Below, one piece after another: positions 42,809 to 54,179 of a stretch of 64,000 bases of DNA. The stretch comes from Mycobacteriales bacterium (GTDB lineage Bacteria; Actinomycetota; Actinomycetes; JAFAQI01). Under the pieces are notes generated by a model, which saw only the letters and a list, made by a program, of their open reading frames with translations, was not told where the DNA came from and did no database searches. The translations under genes and the position numbers were made by a program. Each line of letters begins with the position of its first letter. The first letter of the stretch is position 1. The DNA lies in assembly GCA_035548125.1 (NCBI GenBank), contig DASZTV010000025.1, forward strand, positions 52,289 through 116,288, written 5' to 3'.

Positions 42809-43558
42809 CTAGACCGACTCGAGGACCTCGTCGCTGACGTCGAAGTTCGCCCACACGTTCTGGACGTCGTCCAGGTCCTCGAGCGCCTCGACCAGTCGCA
42901 GCACCTTGCGGCCGTTCTCGTCGTCCAGCGGCACCGACACCGACGGCAGGAACGCGGTGTCGGAGGACTCGGTCGGGATCCCCGCGGCATCGAGTGCCGC
43001 CCTCACCGCCATCCAGTCGGTCGCCTCGGAGATCACCTCGAACTCCTCGCCGAGGTCGTTGACCTCCTCCGCGCCCGCGTCCAGGACAGCGCCGAGGACG
43101 TCGTCCTCGGTCTGACCGGTCGACTTGGACACGATCACGACACCCTTGCGCGCGAACAGGTACGAGACGCTGCCGGGATCCGCGAGCGTCCCGCCGTTGC
43201 GGCTCAGCGCGGTGCGGACGTCGGTCGCGGCGCGGTTGCGGTTGTCGGTGAGGCACTCGACCAGCAGCGCCACGCCACCCGGGCCGTACCCCTCGTAGGT
43301 GATCGACTCGTAGTCGGCGCCGCCTGCATCGAGCCCAGCGCCGCGGCGTACTGCGCGGTCGATGTTGTCGTTGGGGACCGAGTTGCCCTTGGCCTTCGCG
43401 ATGGCGTCGGCGAGGGTCGGGTTGCCGGCGGGGTCGCCGCCGCCGGTGCGCGCGGCGACCTCGACGTTCTTGATCAGCTTCGCGAACAGCTTGCCGCGAC
43501 GGGCGTCGACGACGGCCTTCTTGTGCTTGGTCGTCGCCCACTTCGAGTGGCCGCTCAC
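42809..43558 (-). CDS. yebC: YebC/PmpR family DNA-binding transcriptional regulator
   Basis: [15 protein letters not shown] is the canonical YebC N-terminus. 249 aa. Confidence 0.95.
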   Translation of the reverse strand: MSGHSKWATTKHKKAVVDARRGKLFAKLIKNVEVAARTGGGDPAGNPTLADAIAKAKGNSVPNDNIDRAVRRGAGLDAGGADYESITYEGYGPGGVALLVECLTDNRNRAATDVRTALSRNGGTLADPGSVSYLFARKGVVIVSKSTGQTEDDVLGAVLDAGAEEVNDLGEEFEVISEATDWMAVRAALDAAGIPTESSDTAFLPSVSVPLDDENGRKVLRLVEALEDLDDVQNVWANFDVSDEVLESV

Positions 43559-44129
43559 GCCGCGTTCTCCCTGACTATCGAGACGAAGAGTTGATGGATG
43601 CGCGGGTCGCCGGTCAGCTCGGGGTGGAACGCCGTCGCCAGCAGCGGGCCCTGCCGCACCACAACGATTCTACCGTCGTGGCGGGCCAGCGGGATCGCGC
43701 TCGCGCCGAGCTGCTCGACCCACGGCGCGCGGATGAACACCCCCTCGACCGCACCCACGGTCTCGACGTCGACCGTCGCTTCGAACGAGTCGACCTGTCG
43801 GCCGAACGCGTTGCGGCGCACTGTCATGTCGATGCCGCCGAGCCCGACCTGGTCGGCAGTGCCGTCCAGCACCCGGTCGGCGAGCAGGATCATGCCGGCG
43901 CACGACCCGTACGCCGGCAAGCCCGCCTCGATCGCCTTGCGCAGCGGCTCCAGCAGCTCGAACGTGACCAGCAGTTTGCCGATCGTCGTGGATTCCCCGC
44001 CGGGAATGACGACCCCGTCGAGGCCGTTCAGGTCGTCCGGGCGTCGCACCGGGACGGCGCTTGCATCCGCCGCGGCGAGCGCGTGCACGTGCTCGCGAAC
44101 ATCACCCTGCAGGGCGAGGACGCCGATTC

Positions 44130-44133
<4 letters not shown>
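43555..44133 (-). CDS. pdxT: Pyridoxal 5'-phosphate synthase glutaminase subunit PdxT
   Basis: [20 protein letters not shown] and the catalytic-Cys region [14 protein letters not shown] at 44133 gives a GTGA overlap with pdxS; the track start is TTG at 44136. Confidence 0.93.
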
Positions 44134-45017
<884 letters not shown>

Positions 45018-45027
45018 GAGTCCAACT

Positions 45028-45558
45028 CTAGGCCCGTGGGGCAACCGAAATCCCGGGCGTCGGGAGCTCCTCGTCGTCCATCTCGAAGTACGCCGGGTGC
45101 GGCGCGTGGCCGGCGAGCGCGAGCCAGCGCACCACCCGCCGGTCCCGCACCACGAGCGCGTCCCGCACGGTGTCGTTGTAGAAGCGACGCGCGATCGACG
45201 CGCGCAGCGCATCGTCGTGCACGTCCACTGCCGCGGGCGTCGGCGACCGGAACACCGCAGGCCGCCGCTCGGCGAGCGCGGCGAGCTCGCGCGAAAGCCG
45301 GTTCTCCGCGACCTCGCGGTCGTGGGCGAGGCCGGGGATCGCCTGGACCGCCGCCGCGGCGTCGGTGAGCCGCGCCGCGACCTGCCGGGGCAGCTCCTCG
45401 CTCAAGCCGATCACCGCGGCGCTGCGCTTTCGCAGCTGGGCGTCGAGCGCGGCCGACGCCGCGTCGATCCGCGCGTGCAGCCGGTCCAGTCTCCTGGCGG
45501 TGTAGACGAAGTAGAGCGCGACGACCGCCAGGATCGCGGCGGCACCGAGCAGCCTCAC
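45028..45558 (-). CDS. Membrane-anchored protein, distantly LemA-like (tentative)
   Basis: GTG at 45558 (GTGA overlap with pimA). One N-terminal TM segment, then [23 protein letters not shown] and [10 protein letters not shown], which are reminiscent of LemA family motifs. Confidence 0.55.
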   Translation of the reverse strand: MRLLGAAAILAVVALYFVYTARRLDRLHARIDAASAALDAQLRKRSAAVIGLSEELPRQVAARLTDAAAAVQAIPGLAHDREVAENRLSRELAALAERRPAVFRSPTPAAVDVHDDALRASIARRFYNDTVRDALVVRDRRVVRWLALAGHAPHPAYFEMDDEELPTPGISVAPRA

Positions 45559-46721
45559 CGCCAACTGCGACCGCCCTTGATCTGCGACTCGAACGCTGCG
45601 GGGTCGACCGTGTCCGGATCCTCCTCGACCCGCCCGGTCGAGGCCGCGATCGCCGTCTCGTAGACCCGCAGGATCTCCCCGGCGACGACCGACCAGTCGT
45701 AACGCGTGACGGCGGCACGGCCGGCTTCGCGAAGTTCGTCGCGTCGCGCCGGTGACCGAAGGAGTGCGGCGCATCCCTCGGCGAGGGCGGGCGCGCTGTT
45801 GACGCCGACGAGCTCGCCGAGCCGACCGCCTTGCAACACCTGGGAGAAGGCGTCCAGGTTGCTGGCGACGATCGGCGCACCGGCCGCCATCGCCTCGAGC
45901 AGGATGATGCCGAAGCTCTCGCCGCCGGTGTTGGGCGCGACGAAGACGTCCATCGACGCGTAGGCCCTGGCTTTGTCGGCATCGCTGACCCGCCCGAGGA
46001 ACGTCACCCCCGCGGGCGCGTCGCCGATCTCGCCGGGCCCCGCCACCAGCACCTGCACGTCGGGGAACTCCCGACGCAACGTCGGGAGGGCATCGAGCAA
46101 CACCTGAAGTCCCTTGCGCGGCTCGTCGACGCGGCCGACGAACCCGATCGTGCCGCCCGGCGCGGGCCAGCCGGGCAACGGCGCGGCACCGGCGTACCGA
46201 TCCACATGGACGCCGTTCGGGACGACCACCGCGTCCCCGCCGAGATGCTCCACGATCGTCTTGCGCGCGGCCGACGACACCGCGATCCGGCCCGACAGCC
46301 GTTCCAGGTAGACCTGCAGCGGGTTCTGCAGCAGGGCAAGGATGCGGGACCGGGGGTTCGCGGCGTGGAACGTCGCGACGATCGGTCCGCGCGCGTTGCC
46401 CATCGCGAGCAACGACAGCGAGAACGTCTCGGGTGAATGCACGTGCAGGACGTCGAACTCGCCGTCGTGCAACCAGCGCCGCAACCGCACCTGGCTCACC
46501 GGTCCGATCAGCAACCGCGAGACCGAGCCGTTGAAGGGCACCGGCACGCTACGTCCCGCTCGCGTCACGTACCGCGGCAGCGGCACGTCGTCGTCGTCCA
46601 CCGGCGTGATGACCTGCACATGGTGGCCGCGCGCGATCAGCGCCTCGGCCAGGTCGGCGATGTGTGCGACCACGCCGCCCGGCACGTCCCACGGATACGG
46701 CGAGACCAAGCCGATCCGCAT
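45555..46721 (-). CDS. pimA: GT4 glycosyltransferase, phosphatidylinositol alpha-mannosyltransferase
   Basis: MRIGLVSPYPWDVPGGVVAHI and a GT-B C-terminal E..G..LEAMA motif. The position in the pgsA1-acyltransferase-pimA cluster matches M. tuberculosis. Confidence 0.88.
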   Translation of the reverse strand: MRIGLVSPYPWDVPGGVVAHIADLAEALIARGHHVQVITPVDDDDVPLPRYVTRAGRSVPVPFNGSVSRLLIGPVSQVRLRRWLHDGEFDVLHVHSPETFSLSLLAMGNARGPIVATFHAANPRSRILALLQNPLQVYLERLSGRIAVSSAARKTIVEHLGGDAVVVPNGVHVDRYAGAAPLPGWPAPGGTIGFVGRVDEPRKGLQVLLDALPTLRREFPDVQVLVAGPGEIGDAPAGVTFLGRVSDADKARAYASMDVFVAPNTGGESFGIILLEAMAAGAPIVASNLDAFSQVLQGGRLGELVGVNSAPALAEGCAALLRSPARRDELREAGRAAVTRYDWSVVAGEILRVYETAIAASTGRVEEDPDTVDPAAFESQIKGGRSWR

Positions 46722-47638
46722 CAGACGCCCAACTGCTGGCTCAGCCGCCCCGCGTCGAGGTCATCGACCCACAGTCGCTGCATCATGTGCCAGTCCTGCG
46801 GGTCCGCGGCAATGGCCTCGGCGAAGGCATCGGCAAGCCGCTGCGTCATCGCGCGCACCTTGTCCTCGCGGGTACCTGTGGCAGGGACGGTCACCTGCTC
46901 GTGGATCCGCGGCTGCCAGTGGCGGCGGTCCGGATAGGTGAGGGTCACCGGCAGCAGTACTGCGCCCGTGTCGTGGGCAAGCGCTGCCGGTCCGGCCGGC
47001 ATCCGGGCAGCGGAGCCGAAGAAGTCGACCTCGATGCCGGTAGCGGTCAGGTCGCGGTCGGCGAGCAGGCACAGCGTGCCGCCGGCGCGCAGCCGCTCCG
47101 CGAGCAGCTCGAACGGCGCCCGCTCCCCTCCGGTGAGCGGCACCACCTCCATGCCGAGGGACTCCCGGAAGGCCACGAACCGGTTGAACAGCGACTCCGG
47201 CTGCAACCGCTCGGCGACGGTGGTGAACGGAACACCGGTACCGGCCAGCCAGGCACCGGCCTGGTCCCAGTTCCCCATGTGCGGCAGGGCCAGGATCATC
47301 CCTTTGCCGGACGCGACCGCGTCGCGCAGCCGCCACTCGTCGATGCAACGCGTCCTGGCGACCAGGTCCTCCGTGCGCATGCTCGGCATCTGGAAGACCT
47401 CGCACCAGTAGCGCAGATAGGACCGCACGCCGTCGCGGGTCAGCAGCCGAAGCTCGCGATCGGACAGGTCCGGTTTCACCCGTGCCAGGTTGTGCTGCAA
47501 CTGGATCACGTTCGACCCCGAGCGCACCCAGACGGCGTCGGCGATCGCGTCGAACTGGCGGCGGGCCAGGCGCTCCGGCATGCCGCGCACGACCGCCCAG
47601 CCGGCGGCGTAGATCGCGTCGGTGAGGGTGTCGTTCAC
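46721..47638 (-). CDS. Phosphatidylinositol mannoside acyltransferase (LpxL/HtrB-type lauroyl acyltransferase family)
   Basis: GTG at 47638 (GTGA overlap with pgsA1). LALPHMGNWD is the H(X)4D-type acyltransferase motif. Gene order is conserved. Confidence 0.85.
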   Translation of the reverse strand: MNDTLTDAIYAAGWAVVRGMPERLARRQFDAIADAVWVRSGSNVIQLQHNLARVKPDLSDRELRLLTRDGVRSYLRYWCEVFQMPSMRTEDLVARTRCIDEWRLRDAVASGKGMILALPHMGNWDQAGAWLAGTGVPFTTVAERLQPESLFNRFVAFRESLGMEVVPLTGGERAPFELLAERLRAGGTLCLLADRDLTATGIEVDFFGSAARMPAGPAALAHDTGAVLLPVTLTYPDRRHWQPRIHEQVTVPATGTREDKVRAMTQRLADAFAEAIAADPQDWHMMQRLWVDDLDAGRLSQQLGV

Positions 47639-48237
47639 GTCGCCTGGCGGCGGACCTCGACGATCCGCTGCACGACCGTGACCGTCGTCGCCGCAGCGAG
47701 ACCCCACAGCGCGATCGCGCGCAGCACCGGCACGCCGAAGATCCCGGAGAATCCGGTGAGCACCAGCACCGCGATTAGCCGCTCCGAACGTTCCGCGATG
47801 CCGACGTTCGCGGTCATCCCGAGGCTTTCGGCACGTGCCTTCGAATACGACGTGACGACGCCGGCAACCAGGTCGTACAGCGCCACCGCACACAACGTCG
47901 TGTTGTTGCCGTCACCGGCGTACCAGAGCGCGAGGGCGCCGAAGACCGCGCCGTCGCCGACGCGGTCGAGCGTCGAGTCGAGAAACGCCCCCCAGGGGCC
48001 GCTCGTGCCTCGCGCCCGAGCCACCGCTCCGTCCATCAGGTCGCTGAACACGAACGCGGTGATCACGAGCGTGCCGACCAGGAACTTGCCGCGCGGGTAG
48101 AAGGCCAGCGCACCCGCCGAGACGCCGATCGTTCCGACCACCGTGAGCGCATCGGGAGTGATCCCCATCGCGACCATCCGACGGGCGATCGGATCGACGA
48201 CCTTGTTGATCTGCGGGCGCGCGTGAATCCCGAGCAT
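47635..48237 (-). CDS. pgsA1: CDP-alcohol phosphatidyltransferase, phosphatidylinositol phosphate synthase
   Basis: ATG at 48237. The CDP-alcohol transferase motif D(X)2DG(X)2AR...G(X)3D(X)3D is seen in SDLMDGAVARARGTSGPWGAFLDSTLDRVGD. Confidence 0.88.
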   Translation of the reverse strand: MLGIHARPQINKVVDPIARRMVAMGITPDALTVVGTIGVSAGALAFYPRGKFLVGTLVITAFVFSDLMDGAVARARGTSGPWGAFLDSTLDRVGDGAVFGALALWYAGDGNNTTLCAVALYDLVAGVVTSYSKARAESLGMTANVGIAERSERLIAVLVLTGFSGIFGVPVLRAIALWGLAAATTVTVVQRIVEVRRQAT

Positions 48238-48336
48238 CGTGCGGTGAGGATATCGAGGACAAATCCGGCTTCCCCTTGTCGGCACGCCATAACGGGTGCA
48301 GGCTGCGCAGACAGGGGCAAGCCAAGGAGGCATGAC

Positions 48337-50481
48337 ATGGCCGACAAGACGAGCACCTCAGGAGCCGCCGGCAGGGCACCCGTGGCCGACGAGCCGGGGC
48401 GGATCAGAAACGTCGTGCTCGTCGGCCATTCGGGCGCCGGCAAGACCTCATTGGTCGAGGCCCTGCTCGTGGCGACCGGAACCATCCCCAGAGCCGGTCG
48501 CGTCGAGGACGGCACGACGGTCAGTGACTTCGACGAGGCGGAGATCCGTCAGCAGCGCTCGATCAGCCTCACGGTGGCGCCGTTCGAGCACGACGGCGTG
48601 AAGGTCAACCTGCTCGACACTCCGGGCTATGCCGACTTCACCGGCGACCTGCGCGCCGGGCTGCGCGCCGCCGACGCCGCGTTGTTCGTCGTCAGCGCCG
48701 CGGACGGCATCGACGGGACCACGCAGATGATCTGGGACGAGTGCGCCACGGTCGGCATGCCGCGCGCCGTCGTCATCACGCGCCTGGACTCCCCACGCGC
48801 CGACTACGACGCGACGCTCGCGGCGTGCCAGAGCTCGTTCGGTGACGGTGTGCTTCCGATCTACCTCCCGCTGCACGGCGACGGCGACGACGTCGCCGGG
48901 CTGATCGGGTTGCTCTCGCAGCAGATCTTCGACTACAGCGACGGCAAGCGGACGCAACGTGACCCGGACCCCGAGCACCTGCCGCTGATCGCCGAGCACC
49001 GCAACACCCTGATCGAGGGGATCATCGCGGAGTCCGAGGACGAGACGTTGATGGACCGCTACCTGGGCGGTGAGGAGATCGACGTCAAGGTCCTGATCGA
49101 CGACCTGGAGACGGCAGTAGCGCGCGGGTCGTTCTACCCGGTGTTGACCGCGTGTGCCGCTACCGGCCTCGGCATGGCCGAGCTGCTCGAGGTCCTCACG
49201 TCCGCGTTCCCGTCGCCGCTCGAGCACCCGCTGCTTCCGGTGACCCGCCCGGACGGGACTCCGGTCGAGCCGCTCGCGGTCGACCCCAACGGGCGACTCT
49301 GCGCCGAAGTCGTCAAGACCACGACCGACCCGTACGTCGGCCGGATCTCACTCGTACGCGTCTTCTCCGGCACGCTGCGCCCCGACGCGGTGCTGCACGT
49401 CTCCGGACACGGCCTCGCCGAGCGCGGACACGAGGATCACGACGTCGACGAGAAGGTCGGGTCGCTGTCGGTGCCGCTCGGCAAGACGCTGCACCCGGTC
49501 GACCACGCGATTGCGGGCGACATCGTGGCGATCGCGAAGCTGTCCCGCGCCGAGACCGGCGACACGCTGTCGACCAAGGACGACCCGCTGCTGGTCCACG
49601 CCTGGGACATGCCGGAGCCGCTGCTCCCGGTCGCGATCCAGGCGAAGAGCAAGGCCGACGAGGACAAGCTCTCGACCGGCCTGCAGCGCATCGTCGCCGA
49701 GGAGCCGACCGTGCGTCTGGACCGCAACACCGAGACCGGCCAGCTCGTGCTGTGGTGCATGGGCGAAGCCCACGCGGACGTGCTGCTGGACCACCTCGCC
49801 ACCAAGTACGGCGTCGCGGTTGAACAGGTGGAGCTCCGGGTGCCGCTGCGCGAGACCTTCTCCGGGCCCGCCGCGGGGCACGGCCGGCACGTGAAGCAGT
49901 CCGGCGGTCACGGCCAGTTCGCCGTGTGCGACGTCGAGTTCGAGCCGCTTCCGGAGGGCTCCGGCTTCGAGTTCGTGGACAAGATCTACGGCGGGTCCGT
50001 GCCCAACCAGTTCATCCCTTCGGTGGAGAAGGGCATCCGCGCCCAGATGGAGCGCGGCGTCGCTGCGGGCTACCCGGTCGTCGACATCCGCGCCACCTTG
50101 AAGGACGGCAAGGCCCACTCCGTCGACTCCTCCGACATGGCCTTCCAGGTGTCCGGCGGTCTGGCGCTGAAGGACGCCGCGGAGAAGACCCAGGTCGCGC
50201 TGCTGGAACCGGTACTCGAGGTCTCGGTGCTGGTCGCCGACGACTACGTCGGCGCGGTGATGAGCGACCTGTCCACCCGCCGCGGCCGCGTCACCGGCAC
50301 CGAGCCGGTCGGCACCGGACGCACCCTGGTCAAGGCGGAGGTACCGGAGGTCGAGGTCACCCGCTACGCGATCGACCTGCGCTCGCTCTCGCACGGGACG
50401 GGTACGTTCAGCCGCCGTCACCTGCGCTACGAGCCGATGCCGTCGCACATCGCGTCGAAGGTGATCTCAGCCGCCTCTTAG
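48337..50481 (+). CDS. Elongation factor G-like protein (EF-G2 type)
   Basis: ATG at 48337 with AAGGAGG 6 nt upstream; 714 aa. Translational GTPase architecture with divergent G1 (GHSGAGKTS) and G3 (DTPGYADF) motifs, as in actinobacterial EF-G2. Confidence 0.85.
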   Translation: MADKTSTSGAAGRAPVADEPGRIRNVVLVGHSGAGKTSLVEALLVATGTIPRAGRVEDGTTVSDFDEAEIRQQRSISLTVAPFEHDGVKVNLLDTPGYADFTGDLRAGLRAADAALFVVSAADGIDGTTQMIWDECATVGMPRAVVITRLDSPRADYDATLAACQSSFGDGVLPIYLPLHGDGDDVAGLIGLLSQQIFDYSDGKRTQRDPDPEHLPLIAEHRNTLIEGIIAESEDETLMDRYLGGEEIDVKVLIDDLETAVARGSFYPVLTACAATGLGMAELLEVLTSAFPSPLEHPLLPVTRPDGTPVEPLAVDPNGRLCAEVVKTTTDPYVGRISLVRVFSGTLRPDAVLHVSGHGLAERGHEDHDVDEKVGSLSVPLGKTLHPVDHAIAGDIVAIAKLSRAETGDTLSTKDDPLLVHAWDMPEPLLPVAIQAKSKADEDKLSTGLQRIVAEEPTVRLDRNTETGQLVLWCMGEAHADVLLDHLATKYGVAVEQVELRVPLRETFSGPAAGHGRHVKQSGGHGQFAVCDVEFEPLPEGSGFEFVDKIYGGSVPNQFIPSVEKGIRAQMERGVAAGYPVVDIRATLKDGKAHSVDSSDMAFQVSGGLALKDAAEKTQVALLEPVLEVSVLVADDYVGAVMSDLSTRRGRVTGTEPVGTGRTLVKAEVPEVEVTRYAIDLRSLSHGTGTFSRRHLRYEPMPSHIASKVISAAS

Positions 50482-50504
50482 GCGCTCGGACGTAGGCTCG
50501 CGCC

Positions 50505-50864
50505 ATGCCGATGCTCGCGATCTTCCTGATCCTGCTGGCCCTCTTCGTCATCTTGCCGCTCGTCGGGTTCCTCGTCTGGACCATGATCAGCATCGCGATC
50601 ACGGGCATCGCGCTCGGCGGTCTCGCCCGGCTGATCATCCCCGGGCGGCAGCCGATCGGCGTGATCGCCACGATCGTCGCCGGCTGGATCGGCTCGATCG
50701 TGGGCGGGCTGATCGCGATCGGCGCGTTCGGTCGTCACCACCACTGGTTCGCGCGGATCCTGATCGAGATCGGCGTCTCGGCGGTGACGGTGCTCGCCTT
50801 CTCGGCCGGCGCGAGCAGCCGGAAGGTGGACTCGGGCGGGAGCCACAAGATCCTCGACGTCTAG
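50505..50864 (+). CDS. GlsB/YeaQ/YmgE family (transglycosylase-associated) small membrane protein
   Basis: 119 aa with 3-4 TM segments. The Gly-rich motifs IALGGLARLIIPG and IVAGWIGSIVGG are typical of the family. Confidence 0.8.
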   Translation: MPMLAIFLILLALFVILPLVGFLVWTMISIAITGIALGGLARLIIPGRQPIGVIATIVAGWIGSIVGGLIAIGAFGRHHHWFARILIEIGVSAVTVLAFSAGASSRKVDSGGSHKILDV

Positions 50865-51400
50865 TCGGGCCACCCTTCGGCGAGCAGCTGCCGGGTGTCG
50901 CGCAGCAGCTGTGGCAGCACCTTGGTGCGCGCCACAACCGGCATGAAGTTGGTGTCACCGCCCCACCGCGGCACGACGTGCTGGTGCAGGTGCGCGGCGA
51001 TTCCGGCGCCCGCGACCACGCCCTGGTTCATGCCGATGTTGAAGCCCTGCGCGTTGCTTGCCTCGCGCAGCACGCGCATCGCGGTCTGGGTGAATGCCGC
51101 CACCTCGCTGCGTTCGGCGTCGGTGAGCTCTGTGTAGTCGGCGACGTGTCGGAACGGCACCACCATCAGGTGGCCGGAGTTGTACGGGTAGAGGTTGAGC
51201 ACGACGTACGTCAGCCCGCCGCGATGAACGATCAGGCCGTCCTCGTCGCTGCTACCGGGGATGGTGCAGAACGGGCACTCGTCGGTCTTGCCCTCCCCCT
51301 TGATGTAGGCGAGCCGCTCCGGCATCCAGATCCGCTGCCAGCCGTCGGACATGCCGGCCCCCGGCTGGGGCTCGACGCCCGGACCCAGGTCCTGCGTCAT
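50861..51400 (-). CDS. HIT family protein (Ap4A phosphorylase-like)
   Basis: Histidine triad [14 protein letters not shown] overlap with the thrS stop. Corresponds to the HIT gene downstream of thrS in mycobacteria. Confidence 0.9.
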   Translation of the reverse strand: MTQDLGPGVEPQPGAGMSDGWQRIWMPERLAYIKGEGKTDECPFCTIPGSSDEDGLIVHRGGLTYVVLNLYPYNSGHLMVVPFRHVADYTELTDAERSEVAAFTQTAMRVLREASNAQGFNIGMNQGVVAGAGIAAHLHQHVVPRWGGDTNFMPVVARTKVLPQLLRDTRQLLAEGWPD

Positions 51401-53400
51401 TCGGGGGTCGGCTCGGGGTTGAGCGCGTGCGGGTCGATCTGCCGCTCCGTGATGTTGCGCAGGATCTCGGCGACCGCCTCGTCGAGTGGCACCCCACGCC
51501 GCTCGACCCCGTTGCGGTAGCGGATCGACACCGCGCCCGCCTCGACGTCGCGGTCACCCGCGACCAGCATGAACGGCACCTTCTGCTGCTGCGCGTGCAG
51601 GATCTTCTTCTGCATCCGGTCGTCGCTCTCGTCGAGCTCGGCGCGGATCCCCTCGGACCGCAGCCGCGCGACGACACCTTCGAGGTAGGGCAGGTTGTCG
51701 CTGCGGATCGGGATCCCCATGACCTGCACCGGCGCCAGCCAGGCGGGGAACGCGCCCGCGTAGTGCTCGGTGAGCACGCCGAAGAACCGCTCGATCGAGC
51801 CGAACAGCGCGCGGTGGATCATCACCGGCTGATGACGCTGGCCGTCGTCGCCCTGGTACTCCAGCTCGAACCGCTTCGGCTGGTTGAAGTCCACCTGGAT
51901 GGTCGACATCTGCCAGGACCGCCCGATCGCGTCGCGCGCCTGCACCGAGATCTTCGGTCCGTAGTACGCCGCGCCACCCGGGTCCGGGACGAGCTCGAGA
52001 CCCGACGCGGCCGCGGCCTGCTCGAGGGCGGCGGTCGCCTCGGCCCAGTCCGCCATCGACCCGATGAACTTGTCGGAGTCATCGCGGGTCGACAGCTCGA
52101 GGTAGAAGTCGGTCAGCCCGAAGTCGCGCAACAGCTCGAGCACGAAGTCCAGCAGCGCGGTGAGCTCACCCGCCATCTGCTCCTTGGTGCAGTAGATGTG
52201 CGAGTCGTCCTGGGTCATTCCGCGGACCCGGGTCAGGCCGTGGACGACACCGGACTTCTCGTAGCGGTAGACGGTGCCGAACTCGAACAGCCGCAGCGGC
52301 AGCTCCCGGTAGGACCGCCCGCGCGACCGGAAGATCAGGTTGTGCATCGGGCAGTTCATGGCCTTGAGGTAGTAGTCCGCGCCCTCGAACTGCATCGGGG
52401 GGAACATCCCGTCCGCGTAGTACGGCAGGTGCCCGGAGGTCTCGAACAGCCCGGCTTTCGAGATGTGCGGTGAGTTCACGAACGAGTAGCCAGCCGCCTC
52501 GTGCTTGCGCCGCGAGTAGTCCTCCATCACGCGGCGCACGATGCCGCCCTTCGGGTGGAAGACCGCGAGTCCCGACCCGAGCTCGTCAGGGAATGAGAAC
52601 AGGTCGAGCTCCGCACCGAGCTTGCGGTGATCCCGGCGCTCTGCCTCCTCGAGGAGCTCGAGGTGGCGGTCGAGGTCCTCCTGCGAGGCCCATGCGGTGC
52701 CGTAGATCCGCTGCAGCTGCGGGTTCTTCTCGTCGCCGCGCCAGTACGCCGCGGCCGACCGCATCAGCTTGACCGTCGGGATCAGCCTGGTGCTCGGCAG
52801 ATGCGGCCCCCGGCACAGGTCCTTCCACGCCAGCGATCCGTCACGACGCAGGTTGTCGTAGATGGTGAGCTCGCCCGCTCCGACCTCCATGGACGCACCC
52901 TCTGCGGCCTCGGCAGCGGCGCCCTTCAGGCCGATCAGCTCGAGCTTGTACGGCTCGGCGGAGAGCTCGTCACGCGCTTCGTCGTCGGTGACCACGCGGC
53001 GGGTGAAGGTCTGGCTCTCCTTGACGATCTTGCGCATCCGGGACTCGATCTTCTCGAGGTCCTCCGGCGTGAACGGCGTGGCGACATCGAAGTCGTAGTA
53101 GTAGCCGTTGACGATCGGCGGTCCGATGCCGAGCTTGGCGTCAGGGAACAGCTCCTGGACCGCCTGGGCGAGCACGTGCGCGCTGGAGTGGCGCAGCACC
53201 GCCAGGCCGTCGGGCGAGTCCATCGCTACCGGCTCGAGGACATCCCCGTCCGCAGGCTTCCAGGACAGGTCGCGCAGCTCGCCGTTCCCGTCGCGGGCGA
53301 CGACGGCGTCGAGCCCGGCGGCCCGGAACAGGTGGCCCGCCGTCGTACCGGACTCGGCGACAACGCTGGTTCCGTCGACGGTCACGGTGATCTCAGGCAC
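51397..53400 (-). CDS. thrS: Threonine--tRNA ligase
   Basis: TGS N-terminus, editing-domain HSSAHVLA, and class II motifs ([21 protein letters not shown]). GTG at 53400 is preferred because longer starts would overlap the divergent DinB-family gene. Confidence 0.93.
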   Translation of the reverse strand: MPEITVTVDGTSVVAESGTTAGHLFRAAGLDAVVARDGNGELRDLSWKPADGDVLEPVAMDSPDGLAVLRHSSAHVLAQAVQELFPDAKLGIGPPIVNGYYYDFDVATPFTPEDLEKIESRMRKIVKESQTFTRRVVTDDEARDELSAEPYKLELIGLKGAAAEAAEGASMEVGAGELTIYDNLRRDGSLAWKDLCRGPHLPSTRLIPTVKLMRSAAAYWRGDEKNPQLQRIYGTAWASQEDLDRHLELLEEAERRDHRKLGAELDLFSFPDELGSGLAVFHPKGGIVRRVMEDYSRRKHEAAGYSFVNSPHISKAGLFETSGHLPYYADGMFPPMQFEGADYYLKAMNCPMHNLIFRSRGRSYRELPLRLFEFGTVYRYEKSGVVHGLTRVRGMTQDDSHIYCTKEQMAGELTALLDFVLELLRDFGLTDFYLELSTRDDSDKFIGSMADWAEATAALEQAAAASGLELVPDPGGAAYYGPKISVQARDAIGRSWQMSTIQVDFNQPKRFELEYQGDDGQRHQPVMIHRALFGSIERFFGVLTEHYAGAFPAWLAPVQVMGIPIRSDNLPYLEGVVARLRSEGIRAELDESDDRMQKKILHAQQQKVPFMLVAGDRDVEAGAVSIRYRNGVERRGVPLDEAVAEILRNITERQIDPHALNPEPTPE

Positions 53401-53455
53401 GAGCGCGAGGGTACTGAACCGAACCCGCTTGCTTCCCCGCAATAACGTGTCGCAC

Positions 53456-54001
53456 ATGGAGCACCGCGCGGACGTGTTCTCGATCCCTGACGTCGTCGAC
53501 CCGCGGGAGGACAACCTCCATCAGGGGGATGAACGGGCCACGCTGGCCGAGTTCCTGCGCTTCCAGCGCCAGACCCTCGAGATGAAGTGCGCCGGACTCA
53601 CGGCGGAGCAGCTCGCTACCCGCTCGGTCCCGCCGTCGACGATGTCGCTGCTCGGACTGGTCCGCCACCTCGCCCACGTCGAGCGGATGTGGTTCAAGGT
53701 GCGCTTCGACGGCCAGGACCTGCCGCGGCTCTACCAGACGGCGGAGGACCCCGACGGTGACTTCAACGGGGCCGTCGCGGATCAGGCCGTCGTCGACGAG
53801 GCGTGGGAGTCCTGGCGCGCCGAAGTGGCGTTCGCCGAGAAGTGGGTCGAGGAGCACCCGCTCGACTTCGTCGCCGAGCTCGGCGACGACGCGCGTCTCT
53901 CACTGCGCGAGCTGCTGGTCCACATGGTCGAGGAGTACGCCCGGCACAACGGTCACGCGGACCTGTTGCGCGAGTGCATCGACGGCCGCCTGGGCCAGTA
54001 G
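53456..54001 (+). CDS. DinB family / DUF664 (mycothiol-transferase-like) protein
   Basis: ATG at 53456; 181 aa. [16 protein letters not shown] and [15 protein letters not shown] match the DinB_2/DUF664 His-triad pattern. Confidence 0.8.
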   Translation: MEHRADVFSIPDVVDPREDNLHQGDERATLAEFLRFQRQTLEMKCAGLTAEQLATRSVPPSTMSLLGLVRHLAHVERMWFKVRFDGQDLPRLYQTAEDPDGDFNGAVADQAVVDEAWESWRAEVAFAEKWVEEHPLDFVAELGDDARLSLRELLVHMVEEYARHNGHADLLRECIDGRLGQ

Positions 54002-54058
54002 CGGGCCCCTCAGCCGGTCAGCCTGGCCTTCGCCATGTGACGAAAGTTGCCGGTGATG

Positions 54059-54135
54059 TGGTGGGCGATACTGGACTTGAACCAGTGACCTCTCGCGTGT
54101 GAGGCGAGCGCTCTGACCAACTGAGCTAATCGCCC
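54059..54135 (-). tRNA. tRNA-Val (anticodon CAC)
   Basis: Hand-folded cloverleaf: acceptor GGGCGAT/ATCGCCC, D stem GCTC/GAGC, anticodon stem CTCGC/GCGAG with loop CUCACAC, T arm ACTGG-TTCAAGT-CCAGT, and CCA encoded. Confidence 0.93.
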
Positions 54136-54179
54136 GGCGCGCCTCACCCTAGCCCGCGGACGTTAGTGATGCCTCCGTT

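Noticed and set aside
48337-50481. The EF-G-like protein as a tetracycline ribosomal-protection protein (TetM/TetO type)
   Set aside because: Its length (714 aa) and the GHSGAGKT / DTPGY motifs fit the actinobacterial EF-G2 group better than the roughly 640-aa ribosomal-protection proteins. This cannot be fully excluded without an alignment.
53401-53514. Longer thrS starts (53457 or 53514)
   Set aside because: They would overlap the divergent DinB-family gene start at 53456 and add a non-conserved, Cys/Arg-rich N-terminus. GTG at 53400 gives a typical length of about 667 aa.
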